A stretch of DNA of 40,326 bases, taken from the IMG/VR virus record IMGVR_UViG_3300019458_000017, positions 1 through 40,326 of that record, one strand, 5' to 3'. Source of the DNA: a virus. Below, piece by piece: positions 7,081 to 13,407 of the stretch. Both the position numbers and the translations under genes were made by a program. The stretch's first letter is position 1. Each line of letters starts with the position of its first letter. Under the pieces are notes generated by a model. That model was not told the origin of the DNA and ran no database searches. It saw nothing but the letters and a program-made list of their open reading frames with translations.

Positions 7081-9236
7081 ATCCGATTCGCATTGTCAGC
7101 CTCCTCGGCTTCAAAGGCCTCGACCGCCAGTACTCGATAGAGGGCCCCACCCTCCTCCGCGGCCCCAACGGCGCCGGCAAGTCGGCATGTCTAGAGGGCA
7201 TCGTCTATGCGCTCTCGGGCAGAGTGCCGAGCGGCAAGAAGCTCGAAGTGGTCGCCGGCTATCTGCCAGTCCTCAACGGCGGCCTGGCCGGGGTCGAACT
7301 GAGCGATTCCGCCGGCGCGAAGATCTTTCGCGGCATCACTCAAGACCGAAAGGGCAAGCTGTCCGAGACGATCGACTGCTCGGACCTCTCTGCATGGGAA
7401 TCGTCCGAGGTTGTCCTCGACGTGCGGGAGTTTCTTTCTCGTTCTCCCGAGAAGCGGCGCGAGTTTGTTCTAGCCCTGGTTGGCGGCGGCGAGGCTGGGC
7501 CGAACCTCATCGCCACGATAGAGGCGCATTACGCCAAGGAGATCGCCGGCCAGGCGGCCACCGCGGCATCGCTGCGTCAGCCCCAGGACCTCGGAGACGC
7601 CGGCGTTCTCGCGGCTGCGTGGACGGCGCCCCGGGGCCTCCGCGAGGTCATCGAAGCCACCTTGGCCGGTGCCCGCGGGAAGAGCCTCTCGGAAGCCTGC
7701 TCCGCGCTCATGGAGGCGGCGAAGCAAGGCAAGCTGATCGCGCGTAAACGCGCTCAGGATGCCGAGGCCGCAGCCGATGAGGCCGCAACGAAGATACGCG
7801 GCAAAGATGGCGCCGGCGTAGAGGCCGAGAATGTGAAGCTCGGCATCGAGTCCGTCGAGGAGCTTCTGGCCGATGCGAGGCTAGTCATTGCGCTCCATCA
7901 GGAGCGCCGAGCGGCGCTTCAGGCCGCGATCGATCGCCTCGATTCCGCTACTCGTGCCCGGGAGGAGGCGAAGCAGGACCTCGCGCAAATCCGACAGCCG
8001 GGATACAAGCCGATGGAGCCCGAGCGGCCGGACCCCAAAGAGCACGAAAAGAAGATCAAGGAATTGGATGTCGAATATCGGAGGATCCAGAAGCTGGAGG
8101 AGGAAGCGGCGAATCTGGTTTCCGACAGGGACAATGCCGCGAAAGGATTCGCTCGAAGCCGCGCGAGCTTAGAAGAGCACTCGAAGGTCCCGATCTCCAT
8201 CCTGGTCAAGGAGATGGCGCTCGTCCCGGATCACGCACATTCCAATGTCCCGGCCCTGCGGGCCGCCGTGGCCGAGGTGTCTGCCGGCTGGAAGATGGGG
8301 CTTGAAGCCAGAGAGGGGGTTTTTCTGAAGTACGAGAGGGATTGCGCGGATGCGGAAGCCCTCTACAGTGACTTTTGCGATGAGAATGGCTCGCTCGAGC
8401 AGATCAAGGGGCTCAAGGAGAAGATCTCCGAAAATGCCAAGAAGGCCGGGGACGAACATCGCGCTGTGGAGGATGCCTACATGGCCGAGTTCAAGGCGTA
8501 CCAGGAGACGCGCAATAAATGGGAGAAGCAAGAGGACGCGCATGCGAAAGCGGCCATGCGGCACATCTCCGCTGACGCGGCGGTTGGCGAGGCGAAAAGG
8601 GGCTGCGAAGAAGCTAAGAAGGCGGTCGATGAGACGCCGGCTCCTGACTACGACATCGCCACGCTGGAGGCCAGGGCCGCGAGCTTGAGGGGCGAATATG
8701 AGACGCTGCATGCGGCCGCGCAGGCGGTAGCACGCCATGCCGAGCTGGAGTCTCAAGCCGAGAATCTGCGGGATGTCGAGGAGGCGTGGAAAGCGGCCGA
8801 GAAAGCCATCGCCGCTGTACGAGAGACGCAGATCGGCTCATCCACGGAAGGATTGCTGGTCGACCTCGCGGACATCCTGAAGCGTGCCGGCCGCGAGGAG
8901 AGTCCGTATCTGACGCTCGAGAACGCCCGCGGCGTGCCCATCTTTGAGATGGGCTGGGTCGCGGAAAACAAGAAGGTGCCGCTCGGCAGCCTTTCGAGCG
9001 GAGAGGCGGTCTTGTTCGCGGCGGCGTTGTCCGTCGCCATCACGCGCAGGAGCCAGGGCCGAAAAGTCCTGCTTGTCGAGGCCGACCCGCTCGATACGAC
9101 CAACATCGAGGCGCTGCTCGGCGCTCTTCTGCGGGTCGGCGGCGAGCTGGATGCGCTGCTGGTCGCGACCGCTTCGGAGGGGTTTGTTGTCCCAGCCGGC
9201 TGGCATCAGATCAAGCTGCCGGAGGTGTTTGCCTAA
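7077..9236 (+). CDS. SMC/Rad50/RecN-like ABC ATPase (719 aa)
   Basis: Has an N-terminal Walker A (GPNGAGKS), a long coiled-coil middle, and a C-terminal LSSGE signature with VLLVEAD. No CxxC zinc hook seen. Confidence 0.7.
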   Translation: MNPIRIVSLLGFKGLDRQYSIEGPTLLRGPNGAGKSACLEGIVYALSGRVPSGKKLEVVAGYLPVLNGGLAGVELSDSAGAKIFRGITQDRKGKLSETIDCSDLSAWESSEVVLDVREFLSRSPEKRREFVLALVGGGEAGPNLIATIEAHYAKEIAGQAATAASLRQPQDLGDAGVLAAAWTAPRGLREVIEATLAGARGKSLSEACSALMEAAKQGKLIARKRAQDAEAAADEAATKIRGKDGAGVEAENVKLGIESVEELLADARLVIALHQERRAALQAAIDRLDSATRAREEAKQDLAQIRQPGYKPMEPERPDPKEHEKKIKELDVEYRRIQKLEEEAANLVSDRDNAAKGFARSRASLEEHSKVPISILVKEMALVPDHAHSNVPALRAAVAEVSAGWKMGLEAREGVFLKYERDCADAEALYSDFCDENGSLEQIKGLKEKISENAKKAGDEHRAVEDAYMAEFKAYQETRNKWEKQEDAHAKAAMRHISADAAVGEAKRGCEEAKKAVDETPAPDYDIATLEARAASLRGEYETLHAAAQAVARHAELESQAENLRDVEEAWKAAEKAIAAVRETQIGSSTEGLLVDLADILKRAGREESPYLTLENARGVPIFEMGWVAENKKVPLGSLSSGEAVLFAAALSVAITRRSQGRKVLLVEADPLDTTNIEALLGALLRVGGELDALLVATASEGFVVPAGWHQIKLPEVFA

Positions 9237-9691
9237 TGTATCTGCATCAACCAGGAGTTTTCGCTCTGGTCAGAGATGGCCAGGAGCACGCGCCCGGAGC
9301 GGCCACGATAGAGAAGTGGCTCGTGAAGGATCCGCATTCCGTCGCGCGCCTTCTGTCGTTCATGCTGGAGGACTTCAAGGAACTTGAGAAGCTGGTCGGT
9401 TCTTGCATGGAGCGGCTCCAGGCCGTGGCTCCATTGGACATCGGTCGCCACAACAGGACCAGGATCGCCGAGACAGAGGCGATCGAGGCGCTCAATAATG
9501 GCATCGAGGAGCTTCGGGACGGAAAGGGCATCCCATGGGAAGAGGCCAAGGCGGCCTTGAACTCCGAGCCAGCCCCCGCGGATCCGCCGCCATCCGAGCC
9601 GATCAAGATAGAGCCCATCTCCACGCAAGATCCGATCGCTCAGACGGAGGCTAAGCCAGGGCCGACACAACAGGAAGGCGGTGCGCAATGA
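9236..9691 (+). CDS. Hypothetical protein (151 aa)
   Basis: ORF track entry with a TAATG overlap to the upstream stop. Confidence 0.7.
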   Translation: MYLHQPGVFALVRDGQEHAPGAATIEKWLVKDPHSVARLLSFMLEDFKELEKLVGSCMERLQAVAPLDIGRHNRTRIAETEAIEALNNGIEELRDGKGIPWEEAKAALNSEPAPADPPPSEPIKIEPISTQDPIAQTEAKPGPTQQEGGAQ

Positions 9692-10323
9692 AACAGTCCG
9701 ATTGGGACAGGAGCGAGACAACTATCATCCGCCGGCGATTCGGATCGGACTTTCCGGCCGTGACCTCTTCCACGTCCAAGCTGCGCGGAAAAGCCTGCGC
9801 GGTTTGCGCGCGCGATGTCAGCGTGCCCGATCCGAATCGAGCCTCTTTCCGGGACGGCAAGCCCTATCCATGGGCCTTGCTCGACCGAGGCGGGCTCATG
9901 TTTTGCTCCATCAGGTGCTGGAGGGGCCATCCGAAGGATCCGGCGAAAAGCCCGCTCAAGAAACTGATCGACAAGCGTAAGACCGAGGCGCAGATCCAGG
10001 AGGAATGCTGCACCGTCCTGGACACGTCTCCCTGCGCCCTCGTCTACTCCATCACCGACGCCAGCCGGTCATTCGGCAAGGACGGCAAGCCGCGGAAGTC
10101 GAAGGTGCGGAAGGACTGGCCGGATATCACGATGTTAATGGGCTGGCCCTGCCCAGGCATTTCACCCGGGAGGTTCGTGGGCATCGAGGTCAAGCGGCCC
10201 GGTGAGAAGCAGACCGAGGGCCAGAGGAAGATCCAGCTCGAAATCGAGTCCTGTCACGGCATCTACTGGCTGGTCCATTCCGCCGAGGAACTGAAGGAAA
10301 AACTAGAGAGGGGTGTTCTGTGA
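9688..10323 (+). CDS. FCS/TRASH-like zinc finger fused to a VRR-NUC nuclease domain
   Basis: The N-terminal half has CAVC ... MFCSIRC. The C-terminal half has EAQIQEECCTVL ... WPDI ... GIEVKRPGEKQTEGQRKIQ ... WLVHSAEEL, matching the VRR-NUC D...ExK...Q pattern. Confidence 0.6.
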   Translation: MKQSDWDRSETTIIRRRFGSDFPAVTSSTSKLRGKACAVCARDVSVPDPNRASFRDGKPYPWALLDRGGLMFCSIRCWRGHPKDPAKSPLKKLIDKRKTEAQIQEECCTVLDTSPCALVYSITDASRSFGKDGKPRKSKVRKDWPDITMLMGWPCPGISPGRFVGIEVKRPGEKQTEGQRKIQLEIESCHGIYWLVHSAEELKEKLERGVL

Positions 10324-10817
10324 GGCACCTCGAGCGGACGCAGAGGAGGCTTCTCTTTTGGCTCGCAGATAATCCCAAAACCGTCTGGGATCTCTGTGAG
10401 GAGCTGATGGGGAAACCAAGTGCCACCGAGGGAGACCGGAGCATCATGCGCGCGAGGCTGCGGAGGCTACAGACGCGCGGACTGGTCTCTTTCACCTTTG
10501 TTGACGATAAATTCCGGAAGTCCAAGTCGTGGAGCATAACTGAATCCGGGAAGGCGGAACTGTTCGCATGTTCGAGGAAGTACGAGAAAATGCTGACCCA
10601 ATCGCAACTCCTCCGCTCACTGCTCACACCCTCAGACGTCCAAGATCTGCTCGAGCGACACGGGATTTCTCCGCGGCTTGCACGGGAAGCTCTCATGAAA
10701 CTGGAACGTCGTGGATTGGTGGAAGCAAAGCCCGTGAACAATTCAATGACTTGGCTTTTGACAGACAAGGGCCGAGCGAAATTGATTGCTGAATTCGCTC
10801 GGAATGCGGCGATATGA
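10320..10817 (+). CDS. Winged-helix (MarR-like) DNA-binding protein, two wHTH-like halves (tentative)
   Basis: GTG start with a GTGA overlap. The pattern ...RLRRLQTRGLV.. / ..LMKLERRGLVEAK.. recurs in the two halves. Confidence 0.45.
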   Translation: MRHLERTQRRLLFWLADNPKTVWDLCEELMGKPSATEGDRSIMRARLRRLQTRGLVSFTFVDDKFRKSKSWSITESGKAELFACSRKYEKMLTQSQLLRSLLTPSDVQDLLERHGISPRLAREALMKLERRGLVEAKPVNNSMTWLLTDKGRAKLIAEFARNAAI

Positions 10818-11023
10818 AACGCTGGGTTTTCGAGGAGGTTGATTTCCGGGAAGTACTCCACGGGGAATGGTTCGTGCATACTGATCGTGATCCACAGATA
10901 CCGATTCTGTGGCGGTCCCTGGAACCGTCGAAACGTCCGGTGCGAATTCTGTCCATGCGCGTTGAGGATTCCGCCGATCCGGCGTCCGATGTTGTCGTAG
11001 GGAATGGAGAGGCGGCGAGATGA
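10814..11023 (+). CDS. Small protein (69 aa), tandem paralog 1
   Basis: ATGA overlap. The C-terminus DSADPASDVVVGNG resembles DADDPSSDTVVSGN of the next ORF. Confidence 0.6.
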   Translation: MKRWVFEEVDFREVLHGEWFVHTDRDPQIPILWRSLEPSKRPVRILSMRVEDSADPASDVVVGNGEAAR

Positions 11024-11229
11024 GAGGAACCGTTCGGAGCGAAAGATGTTTATGGCTGCTGGCGCGGAAGACCCAGCGGCGCCGGATGTACATATCCACG
11101 GTTCGTCTCTGGGTGGAGGCTATTCGCGGTTACTGGCATTGGACCGCGCCTCTGACCGTGTGCGAAGAGATGAAAAGTTGGGTCGATGCCGACGATCCGT
11201 CGTCCGATACCGTCGTGAGTGGAAATTAG
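11020..11229 (+). CDS. Small protein (69 aa), tandem paralog 2
   Basis: ATGA overlap and similar C-terminal peptide and DNA (GATCCG.CGTCCGAT..). Confidence 0.55.
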   Translation: MRGTVRSERCLWLLARKTQRRRMYISTVRLWVEAIRGYWHWTAPLTVCEEMKSWVDADDPSSDTVVSGN

Positions 11230-11240
11230 GAGGCGTCACG

Positions 11241-11507
11241 ATGAATCAAGCCGAGATCCGCGAGCTGGGAAAATGCGTGTGGTGCAAAACGGAACTCTGC
11301 AAGGGCGATTATCCGACATTCTACATGATCGAATTTAACAGGTACGCTCGGCATTCTCCCCGATTGCTCGCATCGCCGGAGCAAGATATCACAGGGATCC
11401 TGGGCGATGCGTTGAGGCTGGGCCTGTGCGACGATTGCGGCGAGAAAATCAGACCCTTGATAGTTAGCTTCTTTGCCAGAAAACCAGAGCCGAAGGAGGG
11501 TGCATGA
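11241..11507 (+). CDS. Zinc-ribbon-like small protein (88 aa)
   Basis: GGAGG lies 7 nt upstream. Contains CVWC ... CDDC. It is the 3' part of track ORF 11004..11507. Confidence 0.65.
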   Translation: MNQAEIRELGKCVWCKTELCKGDYPTFYMIEFNRYARHSPRLLASPEQDITGILGDALRLGLCDDCGEKIRPLIVSFFARKPEPKEGA

Positions 11508-11674
11508 ATACCAGGAGGCGCCACGGGCGCAGGATTATCAGCGATGTCTGCCACTGCTACGACTGCGGGTTCCCATGTTGGAAGCCGGAATGGGTGATGG
11601 AAGTGCCCCTCTGCGTCGAGTGCGCCGACAAGAGGATGGCGAAGAGGCGACAACGGGCCGGGAGGCAAGCATGA
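11504..11674 (+). CDS. Cys-rich micro-protein (56 aa: MNTRRRHGRRIISDVCHCYDCGFPCWKPEWVMEVPLCVECADKRMAKRRQRAGRQA)
   Basis: Hand-translated; below the track cutoff. ATGA overlaps at both ends (11504-11507, 11671-11674) with AAGGAGG upstream. Confidence 0.55.
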   Translation: MNTRRRHGRRIISDVCHCYDCGFPCWKPEWVMEVPLCVECADKRMAKRRQRAGRQA

Positions 11675-11922
11675 GTGAGAACCGGGACAAGCTGATGGCC
11701 GCGCTCGAACTGCAACAGCGGTTCGATCGGCTGATCATCGATTTCGCGAGGATTACCGTGCCGTCTTTCGCGTTGTCGAAAAAGGTACGGATTCCCCCCG
11801 TGAGCTTCATTTGGGGGAAAACCCTGGCCCAGTGCACTCGGGACATCCAGGCACAAATCCTCGAGCTGAAGAGAGCCGTCTTTGACGAGCAGAACCCCAT
11901 GATAAAGAGGCCGTCGCCGTGA
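11671..11922 (+). CDS. Hypothetical protein (83 aa)
   Basis: ATG 11671 in an ATGA overlap. It is the 3' part of track ORF 11473..11922. Confidence 0.6.
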   Translation: MSENRDKLMAALELQQRFDRLIIDFARITVPSFALSKKVRIPPVSFIWGKTLAQCTRDIQAQILELKRAVFDEQNPMIKRPSP

Positions 11923-12035
11923 GTGCTGAGGTCGAGATCGTGTCGGCCATGGAGGCGGCGCAGAGGTTCATCGACGCCTGCCAGGTTGGCCATACTTCAG
12001 GAAAACCAGTGGGCGAAAGCCCAGAAAGGAAATGA
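11919..12035 (+). CDS. Possible micro-ORF (38 aa, GTG start)
   Basis: GTGA overlap at 11919-11922, but it contains the 12010-12030 hairpin-SD element. Weak support. Confidence 0.25.
   Translation: MSAEVEIVSAMEAAQRFIDACQVGHTSGKPVGESPERK
12010..12030 (+). promoter_or_regulatory. Stem-loop (GAAA tetraloop) + SD of the same architecture
   Basis: TGGGC-GAAA-GCCCA followed by GAAAGGA; ATG at 12039. Confidence 0.5.
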
Positions 12036-12038
12036 CCC

Positions 12039-12485
12039 ATGAAGTTTCCCATCGTCGTCCTGTCGTGTTTGTTCCTTGGTGCCGGGGCTCCGTTTGTGCC
12101 CGGGACGGCGGAGCTAGTCTGGGATCCGGTCATCACCGACACCACGGGCGCCGCCGCGGTGGCATCGCAGTACGAGGTCGCGGTATCGCTCCGCACGGCC
12201 GATGTCACGACCGGAGGCGCGGCGCTGAAGTCGATCAAGGTGACTGCGCCGAAGGTGGATCGGACTCTCGCCGTCGCCCTCTTCAACGGGCTGGCCGTCG
12301 GCGAGTATCGCGTCTGGATTCGCGGCATTCACGCGAGCGGAATCAATGGGCTCTGGAGCGATCCTCTACTCGTCGAGCTGCGCCCGCTGACCACGGCCGT
12401 TGTCCTTGCGAAGCCGATCAACCTGCGCGTCATCGAGGTCCCGCTAGGGACGGGCGTTCTCATCGTGATCCCGCCCCAGCCATGA
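12039..12485 (+). CDS. Secreted fibronectin-type-III-like protein (148 aa)
   Basis: Has an N-terminal signal-peptide-like segment (MKFPIVVLSCLFLGAGA) followed by LVWDP...YEV...GEYRVWIRGIHASGINGLWSDP, which is typical of FN3. Confidence 0.5.
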   Translation: MKFPIVVLSCLFLGAGAPFVPGTAELVWDPVITDTTGAAAVASQYEVAVSLRTADVTTGGAALKSIKVTAPKVDRTLAVALFNGLAVGEYRVWIRGIHASGINGLWSDPLLVELRPLTTAVVLAKPINLRVIEVPLGTGVLIVIPPQP

Positions 12486-12742
12486 GTGACAACGAGCAGA
12501 TAAAAAAGTTTTGCGCCACCTTCGGCTCCGCACTCGCTGAGCATCTCATCGCGCAGGAGATAGGCATCCAACAATGGTCCACCATCAGCGCCACCTTCTT
12601 GGCGATGCGGGCTTCGCAGAAGGTCGAGTTCCTGCGCTTTGAACTTGCCGATGATAAAACGTACGGCGCCTATGAGGCCCTCGATGTTGCTGCCCTTGCC
12701 ATGATGATCTGGATCGGCATCGCGAGTAAAAAGCATGAATGA
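12482..12742 (+). CDS. Small helical protein with hydrophobic C-terminal segment (86 aa), tandem paralog A
   Basis: ATGA overlap. MSDNEQIKKFCATFGSALAEHLIAQEIG... is closely similar to the next ORF. Confidence 0.7.
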   Translation: MSDNEQIKKFCATFGSALAEHLIAQEIGIQQWSTISATFLAMRASQKVEFLRFELADDKTYGAYEALDVAALAMMIWIGIASKKHE

Positions 12743-12995
12743 CAACGAGCAGATAAAAAAGGCTTGCGCGGACTTCGGGGCTGCCCTCGCTGAGCATCTC
12801 ATCGCGCAGGAGATAGGCGCCAAATGGCCCACCATCAGTGCTACCTTATTGGCGATGCGGGCTTCGCATATGCTCGATGAACTGCGTTTTGCGGTTTCTC
12901 TCGATAATAATCGGGGCAGTAGCCACTACGCACTCGCCATGGGGGCCTTTGCCATGATGATCTGGGACAACCTCGCGAGACAAAAGAATGAGTGA
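12735..12995 (+). CDS. Small helical protein (86 aa), tandem paralog B
   Basis: Begins MNDNEQIKKACADFGAALAEHLIAQEIG.... Has an 8-nt start/stop overlap (ATGAATGA). Confidence 0.7.
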   Translation: MNDNEQIKKACADFGAALAEHLIAQEIGAKWPTISATLLAMRASHMLDELRFAVSLDNNRGSSHYALAMGAFAMMIWDNLARQKNE

Positions 12996-13407
12996 GCCGC
13001 CGGATGACCTCTCACCGCGCCAGAAGCGCGCGAAGCTGTTTCGACTGGCTTACGGGATGCCGCTGTGGCAATGGCATTTCAAAGAATCCAAAAGGCACTT
13101 CAGGCGGATCCTGGAAATCTGGGCTCAGAACAATCGGGAATTCGACGACTCCTGGCAATCGACCTGCCTCTGGATCATCTTCGTTCTGACGCTGTTTGTG
13201 GACTTCGATGGATGTTCCGCTCCTCGCCTGTGGCGCCACTTTCTAAATACGAGCGAACCCCCTCAATCTGAATCAAATTCGATAGAACTCGGCGAGCGTC
13301 CTCGGTTTTTCCCGCCTGAAGCAACGAAGTTACCGGCGCGAGGATCTGCCGCACACGTGGAGGGGCGCGGTTATAGACCAGCATCCACTTCGGCGGATTC
13401 TCGATGA
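12988..13407 (+). CDS. Possible membrane protein (139 aa), doubtful 3' extent
   Basis: Coupled start (ATGAGTGA) and a hydrophobic segment (CLWIIFVLTLFVDF). The last ~230 nt overlap the better-looking convergent ORF 13175..15415, and that tail is not protein-like. Confidence 0.3.
   Translation: MSEPPDDLSPRQKRAKLFRLAYGMPLWQWHFKESKRHFRRILEIWAQNNREFDDSWQSTCLWIIFVLTLFVDFDGCSAPRLWRHFLNTSEPPQSESNSIELGERPRFFPPEATKLPARGSAAHVEGRGYRPASTSADSR

Noticed and set aside
6719-7747. Long alternative-frame or antisense ORFs in the supplied track. Examples: 124..903 -, 6719..7747 +, 8169..8756 -, 14213..15061 +, 18995..19792 -, 20253..21368 +, 22251..23051 +, 24747..25670 +, 30520..31923 -, 31652..32692 +, 33710..34609 +, 33751..34797 -, 37327..38319 +.
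   Set aside because: Their translations are Arg/Pro/Gly/Ser-rich low-complexity strings typical of shadow ORFs in GC-rich DNA. They overlap better-supported genes that have motifs, RBS and start-stop coupling, and they break the operon logic.
12482-12995. Paralog pair with a conserved 5' part and a variable middle, considered as a template/variable repeat pair of a diversity-generating retroelement.
   Set aside because: There is no reverse transcriptase gene in the genome. The differences are not restricted to adenine positions. Both copies are complete genes in tandem.
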